Part shown: positions 19,399-29,969 of the stretch, one piece after another | Position numbering within the stretch: the stretch's first letter is position 1 | Layout: the number at the start of each line of letters is the position of its first letter | Assembly: GCA_002811645.1 (NCBI GenBank) | Contig: PDIP01000008.1 | Location: 110,097 to 174,096 of the forward strand | Source: Corallochytrium limacisporum Hawaii | Lineage: Eukaryota > Protista > Pluriformea | Direction: 5' to 3' | DNA length: 64,000 nt | The notes under the pieces: generated by a model | The model's database searches: none | What the model was told of the DNA's origin: nothing | Seen by the model: the letters and a program-made list of their open reading frames with translations, nothing else | Position numbers and translations under genes: made by a program

Positions 19399-21276
19399 TC
19401 ATCTACCAGCAGCCATGTTGTGCCAAACAACCGCAGTGTCCTGCTCGGTACGGATCGGAATGTTGGACTTCAGGTTGAAGATCCGGCTAAGAATGAGCGA
19501 GAAGAGCTCACGAATGTTGATACCATCCGCGGCACTGCAAAAGATAAGCACGGCATTCAGTTCCTTGGCAATTGCCAATGACTCTTGCTGCACCTTGATG
19601 CGTTCGGCATCCGGTAGCTCGATGAACTTATCGTACTTGGTGCCCGCAATGATGGGCGCTGCATTGGGGTTGCCCGACATGGCCAATTGGTACCAATCCT
19701 TTAATGCCTCTAGCGAATACGGCTCACTGAGATCATAGACGTAAATCAGCGCCTCCGATTCCCGCGTGACTGTCGGGAAGCTGACCTTCTTAAGAGTCAT
19801 CTCTGTACGCAGCCCAAGATCCCAGATGCTGAAGAGCACGGCATTACCGCGGATGACAATCTTCTTTTCGTAGTTTTGTACCCGCTTGGTAGAATTGTAG
19901 GTGCGATCGAAATTCTGCGAGATGAAGCGATTGATGATGGATGTCTTACCCACTCCGTGGTCACCCAGAACTCCAACTTTGACAATGATTGCCGGCCGGG
20001 CAGCTGAGCTCATATTTGAAGTCAAGGACGTGATGGTGTTCTGCCGAGAGCTTGTATCTGAAGTCGATGACGCGGGAGATTGACTACCCGGTTGTACCTT
20101 CTCCACCAGAGAGGTCAACTGGTTGCCCTCTGCGCTCTTCCTCAAGTTCAAACTGTTGTTCTTTGACTCTGCGTCGACGCCACTGTCCGTGGAACTCATG
20201 GAAGTCTGTGCACCTACCGCATTATTGGCCGCAGCAGCGGCTTGTTCCTTGGCTAGCTGCGCAGAAATGGCAACACCTTCTTCTTCTTTGAGCGATATTG
20301 TGGCCTCACTGATCACATCATCGAACATATTTGTGACCTTGTTCACTTCATCTTCCTCAGTAGTGGGCGTGTCTATGCTTTTGGTAGTTCCAACCGCGCT
20401 CTGCTGCTCTGCGACAATGCTTTCCAGCTCCTTCATGATCTCATCTTGATCAAGGCTCATTTCCCGCAGATCAGGATTCTCCATGCTAACATCCCGTGTT
20501 GATGATGCATTGGATGCCGCCAAAGTGGACTGTGAACCAGACGTGTACCGAATATTGCCTGCTGCCTGGCTGCTCACATTGCTATGAAGACTGCCCTTCC
20601 TTCCTACGAGCGTTGCGTTGCTGTCTTGTGTTTCTAGCGGGGCTTCTTCCGGAATGCTTTGTCTGCCGCCATCCTCTGCAGATGAATTCCGTTTCGCCAT
20701 TGCTGCTCCGGCGCGTCTGCTCACAGTCGTGTAGTCCTTTTCCTTTATACCCGCGCTGTTGTCAGACAGCCATTGCTGGAGGCCCTCAATCCAGACCTGG
20801 GTATTATCTCCTGAATTCCTGCGCCATACAGAAGGCGGAGGAACAACAATTTCATTGCCTTCAATGCTTAACTCATCGACAGCAAGATTTTGTAGGTACG
20901 GAGGCAAGTGTGTGATCCGGTTGTAGCTCATGTCTAGCTTCTTTAGTAGCGCCATCCATTCGGGTTCCTTAGGAGGCCATGTTGCTACCTTGTTATGTCC
21001 CATAAGTAATACTCGAAGGTTCCGCAGCTGCGAAATTTCATTGGGAATTTCTCTTAAGCGGTTCCACCGCAGATCTAGCTTGTATAGCAAGTGTAGGCTG
21101 TTCAGCGAAGCTGGACACTTCTTCAGCTGGTTCCTGCAGACGACAAGACACTGTAAGTGCTCCTTTAACAGACTAACCTCTGCAGGGATGCTTTTTAAAT
21201 TCTGCCCGGACAGATCCAAATCCTTGGACTTGCCTTCTTTGGCTTCACGCAATTTGCGTGATACTGCGCTGCCCAT
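19399..21276 (-). CDS. N-myristoylated LRR protein fused to a C-terminal Tem1/Spg1-like small GTPase domain, 625 aa
   Basis: MGSAVS start; 5-6 LxxLxLxxNxL repeats; S/T/E-rich linker; KVGVLGDHGVGKTS, FSIWDLG, YVYDLS..SL..LKDWY, GTKYDKF, LIFCSA..GINI. Confidence 0.85.
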   Translation of the reverse strand: MGSAVSRKLREAKEGKSKDLDLSGQNLKSIPAEVSLLKEHLQCLVVCRNQLKKCPASLNSLHLLYKLDLRWNRLREIPNEISQLRNLRVLLMGHNKVATWPPKEPEWMALLKKLDMSYNRITHLPPYLQNLAVDELSIEGNEIVVPPPSVWRRNSGDNTQVWIEGLQQWLSDNSAGIKEKDYTTVSRRAGAAMAKRNSSAEDGGRQSIPEEAPLETQDSNATLVGRKGSLHSNVSSQAAGNIRYTSGSQSTLAASNASSTRDVSMENPDLREMSLDQDEIMKELESIVAEQQSAVGTTKSIDTPTTEEDEVNKVTNMFDDVISEATISLKEEEGVAISAQLAKEQAAAAANNAVGAQTSMSSTDSGVDAESKNNSLNLRKSAEGNQLTSLVEKVQPGSQSPASSTSDTSSRQNTITSLTSNMSSAARPAIIVKVGVLGDHGVGKTSIINRFISQNFDRTYNSTKRVQNYEKKIVIRGNAVLFSIWDLGLRTEMTLKKVSFPTVTRESEALIYVYDLSEPYSLEALKDWYQLAMSGNPNAAPIIAGTKYDKFIELPDAERIKVQQESLAIAKELNAVLIFCSAADGINIRELFSLILSRIFNLKSNIPIRTEQDTAVVWHNMAAGR

Positions 21277-23745
21277 GTTGTTGGCTTATATTTTGCTACT
21301 TTTCCGCTGTTTTAGTATCCTAGGTCATGGTTCGACCCATTTCGCTACCATTTCGTCAATTTATCATTCACAATTGGATCAATGGAGCATGACTTGACCA
21401 TGAACTGAGAGTCAAGTACCGTGTGTGCATGTTCTGTTTTGTCTACCACCCTGTCGGACTCCTTCAAAAAGATATTTCTTGTCTGAAACACCATGTCACT
21501 GGAAACTTTAAATGAGAGTTTTGCCCAGCAGCGAGTGCATCGTTTCACGTCCAATTACAAAAAATGAAACTAAATGCAATCGGAAACATTGTAAGCTTGT
21601 CACAAACATAGAAGCAGCACAGCAGAGCGAAGCACCTCTAAATTAAGAACCCCTGTTCACAATGCGAGGCAGGAAAAAGGCCTGAACCAGACTGAGCCCG
21701 GATCACACGGACCTCATTTCTTGCCCAGTTGAGCGAGGGCCCCTCGCCCCTCTCCTTTCGCCCCGGAAACCCACGGTCGCGCACAGCAGCAGCGATAGCC
21801 GCACCACTTCGCCGAAGTGTCACATAGAAAAGTAGCAGACCCGAAAATGCAGGCCCATACACTGGGTAACGAGACATTAAACTGGAAAAAGTAAGCGGGA
21901 AAGAAAATAAGGGAAAAAATAGAGTGGCCGAGGCACACACAGCAAGAAAAGAAAAGGCAAGAAGAAAGAATGAACGGTTTCGCGCTTTTGAGGCCCGCGC
22001 GAAAAAAAGGGAATCGAAAATTCGGGCCGGCCTTTTTCTCAAGGTGTTCGCCTCCCTGCGCAGGGAGAGTCGAAAACCTCCTTCTTATCTATATGTCATT
22101 TCCAACAATCATCATAAATGCTAGGACAAGCTCTCTGGCTTACGCTTTAGCCGCCTTCCCAGAATCCCCCCACACTCTTGAACGCCATGGGGTTCCCCTC
22201 GAGCGATAACGTAGGTGGGTTCTGTACTGGAATGCATGCAGGTGCAAGCCAAATGAAGTGGCACACGCACACGCACACACACACCCACCCGATGTGCTAC
22301 ACCGGGATGTAACCGATTCTGCGTATTCGCGATGGATAAAGTTGCCAAAAGAAGAAATTAGACAGAACAAATTCGAAACGTCCCGCTAACGGTGTGTTCT
22401 GTAGTTTCAATGGTACACGCAGAAGGTATTGCCGCGAACCCGACACGGCAGCATGACTGAGAATCGCGGCAGCGGCCACCAGCAGTAGCGGCGGGCACCG
22501 TCCGAGGACGAAACTAACCAATTTTTCGTAAGCGAGAGAGGGTAGAAATCATCCACCGAGACAAAATATTGGCCAATGCTGGCGCGCGGAGGGAGAATTC
22601 GTGGACCACTGCCGACAAATGAACAAAAGGTAAGCGGGAAGGGGATAGATGAGCTGCGATGGGAAGCTGCCGAAACCCATGCTTCCCTTTTACTTGATCA
22701 TCTTTTGAACTGGGCTCCGGTCGTTTGCGATGCACCACTTGGACACTCGGGTCCACGATGCATTGATTGAGAAGGAAAGGCAGGGCTGGACCACACGGGA
22801 AGGTCTGAAACACTTGATCAAAACACCAAAGAATGCTTGAGAACCTACTACCAACAGGGACACCACAATGAAGTAGTTAACAATCGATTACTTTAGGAAG
22901 AGGGTCCTTCAGCGGGAGGGAAGCAATGGGGTTCCCTCCGACAGACAAACAGGGGACTATGGCGGAGAGTTTCCCTGCCCCCCCGTGACAAGGGGACTTC
23001 GCTGTTTTCTGAAACCCCACTCCCGCCCCCGTTGGGTGCGGTGGGGAGGGGACCCAACTGTTTCAGTGTCCGAACCCGTTCGGGTTGCTTCGAAAACTTC
23101 AGTGTTTCAACGTGAGAACTGGGTTTAGGACGAAAGACCCTACGGCCGCCGTGTGAAGGGGGGGTGAAGCTGATGTCAACGAAGGGTGACGCTGCGACGC
23201 GGTCACAGCCTCATAATTTCATACAGTTAGTACTGAAATTGATCAATCCTCCAACGACGGTTGGGGGGGGGTTGTTGTTGTTGGTGGGGGGCGGGAAAAC
23301 AAGGAGGCGGGGAGGAGGAGAGTGTTGTCTTGGCTCCGATCCGTACGCGCATCGAATGCTGAAATGGCGTGGGGAGGGGAGTCCACTTTCGTGCTAACCG
23401 GGCCCCGGCCATTTGAATTCAATATACGGAAACACCGGGCGATTCGGGTCTGTGCAGGAGCGAAGGAGAAAAAGCCGGCGGACGGGTGGCGCGCGCCCGG
23501 GTTTGATCGTGAAAGTGTCGGCGGGCCACCAGAGTTTGCGAGCTTGAAGGTTCGCCTCGCCACACACAGGAGACACAAGCTATCTGACATTTCTATGTCC
23601 GGAAGTGAAAGACGTCGTGGAGTCTAGACAACCATGAGGGCACCATTATGGTGTTAACTGTATGGTGGTCAAGTTGTGATCTAATTTTGCAACTGGGAAA
23701 TCATGACATAGAACGAGTTAGTTAGTCCTTTGACCCTCAGCTAAG

Positions 23746-26202
23746 ATGGAGAGTGCTGCGCACCCCTTCATGTCTATGGAGACAGCTCTGTTGTATCCAG
23801 AGGAGCCAAATTTTGTCTGGGATGATTGCAGCGTTTTCATCAACGAAGCCAAACCTGAGTGTTTGATTGAAGTACAGACGGGGAGGCTGCGGACATGTAA
23901 TTTAGAAGTCGATGTGGTGCAGAACGCATCCACAAGAGCAAGCAGAAAATTCGACAAGGCACCAGTGAGAGTCACTGGTGATTCCGATACCACAGTCACC
24001 CCACATGAGGACAATCTTCGAGGGCGAAGTCGAACCATCTCACTCCCGATGGAGAAACCACTTATCAATGCAGCACTGTCACCGGATTGGATGCTTCTTG
24101 CTTTGCAATTTACGCCAAACGAGGTCTGGGTTGCAGGATTTGATGGGGGCCATGTCCAAGGTGCTGACGATTCCGCGGATCTGACGGTCGGGACCAAGGG
24201 TGTCAAGTTGCGCACAAACGTGCAAGGGGGCCACAACGCACGTATCCTTGGCTTCTTGTGGACGTTTGTGAACGAGCTAGTCATAATCACAGACAGGTCC
24301 GTGGAATTGTTTCAGATTATTGTGCAAGGTGATGGGAGGAAGAAAGCCTTGCCCACGAAATCGTACTCCCTGTCGGTGTCATGGTACCGCTACAGTGCAG
24401 AGAGACATGTACTAATGATTTGCGGTAACCCAGATGGCAGCCTCTTTGTGCCGATTCAGTTCAACTGTGGAACTTGCCACAGACTTATGAAATTTAATGT
24501 GAAACCAACAGTGAATCGATTCGGCACGGCTAAGCCGCGCGCACCGATGATGTTCTCAGCTGGTCTGAGTTCAGTGTGCAACATTTACGGCCAACTTTTG
24601 GGCGTCTTTGTTGTACCCATCGGTAGAGAGGAGCAAACAGCTGAGATGAAGAGCAGCAGAATGAGTCCAAATGCTGATGAGTGGCCAGTAAACCTCATGG
24701 TTTATAAGATCACCCAGGTGCAATCACAACAGATCTTGAACTTCCCGTTGCCAATTACAAAGGTGCGCAGTTTGTGCATTATGGACAATCTGGTGATTGT
24801 CCACGGCCAGCATGCAAGCATGGCCATCGATCTTTTTGACGTTCTCTACTCAGGACAGCTCACGTCCGCTCTCAAGCTTTGCTCCGATGTGACTTCACTG
24901 CAGCAGAGTACAACACATGATGCTCAGTCTGGTATTGCCAAACCATTCATCAATGCGAACACTACAGTGGAGGCTATCCTGGACCACGCCCTGAACACCC
25001 CAGAGAATGTGGTAGAACCATTGAAACACAACACTCCGATACTCATGGGTCCTGCACCGGTCTTCATGACACACGCGCGTGGAAGTCTTGCAGGACTGGT
25101 CACCCCATTGAAACAGGGAGATATGGACGCCTCGTTCATGTCATCTCACATTCCGCACATCCAACACTATGCCTTCCTCGGCCATGCTGCGGCTCTTGCT
25201 GCCTCAGAGGGTCATTTTGCCTGGTTCGAGCTCGACTTGTGGGCGGCAGAGTTTTATGTCGTCGACCCCTTGCAGGTTGTGGCTTTCCACATGCGGCGAC
25301 GAAAAGGTCGACCAATTCTGCGTGCATATCTTCTGCAGCAAATGAAGGATGTGGTGCATCTGAACAACCCGGACCATTTAGATGATTTGTCCGCGATCCT
25401 GCGCCTGGTTCTGGCTGCGCCTGCGGATAAGGCGTCATCACGGGAAAGCAGTGACCTGCGCTCCACGGATTCGGAAGTGACTCCCATGAGTCTAACCCGC
25501 GGTAGTTCCGCTGCACACTGGGAGCAAGGAACGACCAGCAGACTCGGGCTCCTTCGACGCCGAGCGACTCAGTACATGACGGCACGAGGTGTTAATCCAG
25601 GCTGGCAGTCAAGTCCTTTAGATCTAATTCTCGTGTACGTCCGTGGATTGGACCTAGACAGCATTATACTTGACGTTGTCTTGCCAGCATCACGTGTGAT
25701 CAGCAAGGTTGAGGAGGACGAGTATGACTATGATGCTGTATGGCTCGTCCTCATGTGCTCGACAGTGATGGAAACTAGTCTCCTTGTCAATGACGGTGCG
25801 GGATGTCACGTGTCGCAGGAGACCATGGCAAAGGTGCGCAGGCTTCTTCACAAGGTAGACAAGGACGATATTGCATTGCAGCTGGCTGCCATGCTCCCGA
25901 CTCAGAGTGATACCACTGAAATTAATCGATACCGCCGCGAAGCTCTGCAGTCCGTTTTCAACAAACTGAGCGTGGACACACTCATTTCCGGCGACGTTCC
26001 CTCAGAGCAGCTCCTGACGTGGACACAGGCGCAATTCCGGCAGGCCCAGGACGAGAACGATGAGAAACGCATGCGTGATATCATTGGCTTTGTGGAGAAA
26101 AGCGGACTCACTGATCGTGCTAGAGAGATATACAACACCGAGGCACTCCAGTGCCTACGAGATATGCACCACGAACTCAAGGCGATGCAGATGCAGCATT
26201 AA
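23746..26202 (+). CDS. RMC1: Regulator of MON1-CCZ1 (C18orf8/Mic1)-like, 818 aa; divergent C-terminal half
   Basis: NARILGFLWT..ELVIITDRSVELFQ..KSYSLSVSWYRY..KF matches recalled C18orf8 NANILGFCWT..EIVFITDQGIEFYQ..KSHNLNVNWY; DNLVIVH motif. Confidence 0.75.
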   Translation: MESAAHPFMSMETALLYPEEPNFVWDDCSVFINEAKPECLIEVQTGRLRTCNLEVDVVQNASTRASRKFDKAPVRVTGDSDTTVTPHEDNLRGRSRTISLPMEKPLINAALSPDWMLLALQFTPNEVWVAGFDGGHVQGADDSADLTVGTKGVKLRTNVQGGHNARILGFLWTFVNELVIITDRSVELFQIIVQGDGRKKALPTKSYSLSVSWYRYSAERHVLMICGNPDGSLFVPIQFNCGTCHRLMKFNVKPTVNRFGTAKPRAPMMFSAGLSSVCNIYGQLLGVFVVPIGREEQTAEMKSSRMSPNADEWPVNLMVYKITQVQSQQILNFPLPITKVRSLCIMDNLVIVHGQHASMAIDLFDVLYSGQLTSALKLCSDVTSLQQSTTHDAQSGIAKPFINANTTVEAILDHALNTPENVVEPLKHNTPILMGPAPVFMTHARGSLAGLVTPLKQGDMDASFMSSHIPHIQHYAFLGHAAALAASEGHFAWFELDLWAAEFYVVDPLQVVAFHMRRRKGRPILRAYLLQQMKDVVHLNNPDHLDDLSAILRLVLAAPADKASSRESSDLRSTDSEVTPMSLTRGSSAAHWEQGTTSRLGLLRRRATQYMTARGVNPGWQSSPLDLILVYVRGLDLDSIILDVVLPASRVISKVEEDEYDYDAVWLVLMCSTVMETSLLVNDGAGCHVSQETMAKVRRLLHKVDKDDIALQLAAMLPTQSDTTEINRYRREALQSVFNKLSVDTLISGDVPSEQLLTWTQAQFRQAQDENDEKRMRDIIGFVEKSGLTDRAREIYNTEALQCLRDMHHELKAMQMQH

Positions 26203-26290
26203 TTATGGGCACTCTGAGTAAAGAATCGTATTTACAGTATCTATTTCAGTACGTTAGCAAACGGCATGTGACTGTGAACCGCAAGGTCCT

Positions 26291-27589
26291 TCACTCTTTC
26301 TTGTTCCCTTCGCCGTCTTCCGCATCTGGTGTCTCTGTGGCCTCTGGCTCCTCCATCGCAGGCAGCAAGTCTACCGCACTGCCTCCATCTACCAGGGCCG
26401 GAAACGAGGACAACGTCTTGCGCAAGGCCTCCATGTTAGTACTGGCAGCTGGAGAAGCTTCACTTTCTTCACTCTCTTCCGTATCAACGTTGAGGGCATC
26501 AACAAGGGTTTGCACGTAGGTGCCAGTTAAGGTGGCTCCGTTGTTGCGGCCGAGCATATGCAGGCCCTCCTCGACTTGGCCCTGAAGCAACAGAGCCGCG
26601 GCTTTGTACAGTTCGTTGGCTTCCTGATGCTGCTGTGTCTCTAACTGAACTCTGCTGAGCACATCAGTCACGGCTTTCAGATGGCTTCCGTCTCTCAGGC
26701 GCAGCTGGGCATCAGCAATGACAAGCAGACTGTCCTCGCTAAGGGCGTCCGCAGGCACCGCATATATTGCCTGCCCGACAATGCGATCAAGGGCGGTGGA
26801 ATCTCCACTCGTCTCTTTGGCCTCAGCTTCTTCCGAATTCTCACCTGCAGTTGGTTCATCGCCCTCCTCACTCTGAGCCTTTGGTGGACTAACGAGAGCA
26901 CTCGCAAATACAGCCGCCTTGTCGCGGTTTCCGTGGATGACCCGCAAGAGTGCGTCGACCTCGGCAGCGTCACACGGACTGGCCTGGCGGGCTTCAGCGC
27001 GGTACTTCAGCATTTTCAAGCTTGCTCGGATAGCCTTGTCGCTGATATGAGCTCTGGATTCCAGAGCCTGCGCCAGAATGAGACCGTCTTCCTCACGCGG
27101 CAGGAAGTAGCCGAACTTCAGCGGTTCCGTTAAAATGTCGACTGCCTCCCATGACTTCTTTGCTCGCAGGTAGGCACCTAGCATGGCGGCTGCCGTCCTT
27201 TCATCGACAAGATGGTACTTCAATCGCCAGCTGCGCGCAATTTTCTTCAGACTTGACAAAGCTTTGTTGCCTTTTGGTCCTTCCTCAACACTCTGCCACG
27301 CACGGAAAAGGATGTTATTTGGCACGCCCGTGTCAGCCAGGCCACGGCCCTTCTGTTTGCTTGGCTTTCCTTCGAGCTTCTTTTCCAAATATTCAATGTC
27401 TTCTTCTAATGTGGTGAGTTCATGATGTCTGGAAAAAGATGTGTAACGATCAGCTCCATTGAAATCAGCGGAGGTGGGCTCTGCAGTTAATTCCACGGGA
27501 ACAGCCAGAGACATTGGGCGTACCCAAAGCGAGCTACTGATTCCTCGGGAAACCCGGAATCGGACTGCCGTTTGCGGCAGTCTAAGCAT
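26291..27589 (-). CDS. Probable mitochondrial helical-repeat protein, possibly PPR/mS27-like, 432 aa
   Basis: R/S/L-rich, acid-free N-terminus MLRLPQTAVRFRVSRGISSSLWVR; helical pattern with AVDILTEPLKFGYF reminiscent of MRPS27 (weak). Confidence 0.55.
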   Translation of the reverse strand: MLRLPQTAVRFRVSRGISSSLWVRPMSLAVPVELTAEPTSADFNGADRYTSFSRHHELTTLEEDIEYLEKKLEGKPSKQKGRGLADTGVPNNILFRAWQSVEEGPKGNKALSSLKKIARSWRLKYHLVDERTAAAMLGAYLRAKKSWEAVDILTEPLKFGYFLPREEDGLILAQALESRAHISDKAIRASLKMLKYRAEARQASPCDAAEVDALLRVIHGNRDKAAVFASALVSPPKAQSEEGDEPTAGENSEEAEAKETSGDSTALDRIVGQAIYAVPADALSEDSLLVIADAQLRLRDGSHLKAVTDVLSRVQLETQQHQEANELYKAAALLLQGQVEEGLHMLGRNNGATLTGTYVQTLVDALNVDTEESEESEASPAASTNMEALRKTLSSFPALVDGGSAVDLLPAMEEPEATETPDAEDGEGNKKE

Positions 27590-27900
27590 AGCGTACTGTA
27601 GATGTGCTGAGTACTATTTAGACTGTACCCTAAACTACTTAGTATGTTCTCTTGAACTCAAGTGCTGCCGTTCTTCCACTTCTTTACTCTCGTTCCACCC
27701 ATATCATATAGATCTTCATATGAACGCTCAATCCGGCTAAAAATCATAAAATTTAAGATACCTGTCACCTCTATACCATTGAGATCCTATGCAACACACC
27801 ATCACCTGCGATATGCGTCATGGCAGACACTCGTTCCAATCCCAGCACAGCGGCCCCTTCCCATGGGTGTGTGTGTGTGCAGAACTCCCCCTCCCCCCCC

Positions 27901-28229
27901 NNNNNNNNNNNNNNNNNNNNNNNNNNNNNNNNNNNNNNNNNNNNNNNNNNNNNNNNNNNNNNNNNNNNNNNNNNNNNNNNNNNNNNNNNNNNNNNNNNNN
28001 NNNNNNNNNNNNNNNNNNNNNNNNNNNNNNNNNNNNNNNNNNNNNNNNNNNNNNNNNNNNNNNNNNNNNNNNNNNNNNNNNNNNNNNNNNNNNNNNNNNN
28101 NNNNNNNNNNNNNNNNNNNNNNNNNNNNNNNNNNNNNNNNNNNNNNNNNNNNNNNNNNNNNNNNNNNNNNNNNNNNNNNNNNNNNNNNNNNNNNNNNNNN
28201 NNNNNNNNNNNNNNNNNNNNNNNNNNNNN
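27901..28229. other. Assembly gap (329 N), preceded by a C-rich tract
   Basis: Run of N preceded by ctcccccccc. Confidence 1.
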
Positions 28230-28575
28230 CCTTCCGCTTGCTTCCCCCGCCCTGGCCGACTACCAAACTCCCTCCCATCCGTTGAGCGGGACCGTTGTAC
28301 CGGACAATTTCATTTTCGGTTCCCCGCGCGATGTGCCCCGGGAACAAAAACACTTCCGACAAGGGTGGCGTAGGAGACATTGTTGCCCCACTGCGCGCTA
28401 TTGGAAATGACGGGTACTTCAGTGCTATAGCGCGGTGAACATAAAATTTTGTAGTGCTGACATGGTTGTGACATGAAGGACACGCCCAGAAGTTGGATTC
28501 ATCGACGTAGAGTGCAGGCAACAAACATGTTTGCTGGGTACATCTCGAAAATAACATACGCAATATAACGCAGAT

Positions 28576-29289
28576 ATGAATATAGAGGTATTGCGCGCAG
28601 AGATGCGCAAGCGCACCATAAGCACCAATACACAGGAACGAAAGGCCACAGAATCACGTACAAGCACAACACAAACAAACACGCAGCAACCATTGTCATC
28701 CGCAAGGTCAAGAAGGGTCGTGGCTCATTCGTCAAGTACAGAGACTGGCGGTACGCGGGAGCATAAACAGTGTATCAAATGGCGAGATGAAGCAGTTAAG
28801 AGCAGTCCCATTGTACGCGGACTGATGTTTGCCATGAAGCGTCGCGGTTGTGGTGTTGGTGAGGCCAACCTGCTTTGTGAGCCGTGCTCAGAGTATGTTG
28901 GTGGTGGTTTTAGTCTTGACGATGGCATAATTTTGTGTGAGAACCGCCTAATCAGCCAAGGTCATGCCGCTGATACATTAGCTCACGAGCTGATTCATGC
29001 ATTTGACCATTGTCGAGCAAAGGTGAACTGGGATTCCTGTCTTCATCACGCTTGCAGCGAGATCCGTGCTGCAAATTTGAGCGGTGACTGCAATTTCTGG
29101 CGTGAGATTTCCCGAGGCTATGTCGGTATTGGTGGACACCACAAGGAATGTGTCAAGCGGCGGGCATACCTATCCGTCAAGTTGAATCCGAGCTGCACAG
29201 AGCAACAGGCAAAGATTGCAGTCGACAATGCGTTCGACACTTGCTTTAAGGATCTCGCTCCCTTCCTTGAGATCCCTCGTAAACATTGA
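28576..29289 (+). CDS. ATP23: Mitochondrial inner-membrane metalloprotease ATP23 (peptidase M76); start may be 28603
   Basis: GGF..GIILCEN; TLAHELIHAFDHCR (HExxH); HHACSEIRAANLSGDC; CVKRRA.LSV; CFKDLAPF. Confidence 0.95.
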   Translation: MNIEVLRAEMRKRTISTNTQERKATESRTSTTQTNTQQPLSSARSRRVVAHSSSTETGGTREHKQCIKWRDEAVKSSPIVRGLMFAMKRRGCGVGEANLLCEPCSEYVGGGFSLDDGIILCENRLISQGHAADTLAHELIHAFDHCRAKVNWDSCLHHACSEIRAANLSGDCNFWREISRGYVGIGGHHKECVKRRAYLSVKLNPSCTEQQAKIAVDNAFDTCFKDLAPFLEIPRKH

Positions 29290-29462
29290 ACATCATCCCT
29301 ATCATATTACAATCATCGTGCTTCGCCGTCTTGACGATGGCATCAGTTTTTGAACATTCTTACATAGAACACCTATAAACATGGTCAGATTTTCAAACTA
29401 AGTCTTGGTTTATGTATATTGAATGGATGGTCTTTCGATGCTATAGTGACCGCATGTCATAT

Positions 29463-29969
29463 CTAGAAGCGCGGTGGCCGAGCACGACTGTTTTCTTTAT
29501 AACTCTTATCCCTAGAGTCATCATTTGGCAAATCTGATTCCTCTTGCAGGCGGTCCATTGCAGTGATTGCCTTCAACACTGTACGCTTGTTTGTCTCTTG
29601 AATTTCCCCACCGAGCACCAGTTCGTCAAGCACGAAGTAAGCCTTTTCGAAGTTAAAGATAACATCGAGTTCACAGACGCTACCAAAATACTTATCCAGT
29701 GTTTCTACAAACCGGTGCACAATCTCAAGAGTGATTAACTCGTTGTCGCCATCTTCTATTCCAACACAGAAATACAGGGACGCGTAACGCTTGTACACAA
29801 TCTTGAATTCCTTCCACTCTAGGAAATTACACATTTTTGGTTTCCGCGCCAGAATCGTAGTTGTCATCTCCCTCATAATTTTCTTCTTTTCCTTCTGTGT
29901 GTAGGCATGGTACCACTTCTGCAATCGACACTTGCCTTGTCGGCTAAACAAGAGGATAAAATCGATCAT
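29463..29969 (-). CDS. AP1S: AP-1 adaptor complex sigma subunit, 168 aa
   Basis: [20 protein letters not shown]; [12 protein letters not shown]; [41 protein letters not shown]. Confidence 0.97.
   Translation of the reverse strand: MIDFILLFSRQGKCRLQKWYHAYTQKEKKKIMREMTTTILARKPKMCNFLEWKEFKIVYKRYASLYFCVGIEDGDNELITLEIVHRFVETLDKYFGSVCELDVIFNFEKAYFVLDELVLGGEIQETNKRTVLKAITAMDRLQEESDLPNDDSRDKSYKENSRARPPRF

Noticed and set aside
19384-19401. Readthrough of the LRR-GTPase stop would end in NKEL (KDEL-like)
   Set aside because: TGA-A is a tight stop context and the protein has no signal peptide.
19399-21276. Roco/LRRK assignment for the LRR-GTPase
   Set aside because: No COR or kinase domain follows, and the GTPase motifs match Tem1/Spg1 better.
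22797-22811. GGGAAGGTCTGAAAC resembles CR-I of nuclear RNase P RNA
   Set aside because: No CR-V (AC..AA.TCAGACTA) downstream to close helix P4; only a 5-nt CAGAC match at about 22942.
22945-23002. Two ACA..AGGGGACT repeats resembling RNase MRP P4 strands
   Set aside because: No complementary partner in the right order on either strand.
27662-28563. ORFs containing poly-X
   Set aside because: Artefacts of the N gap.
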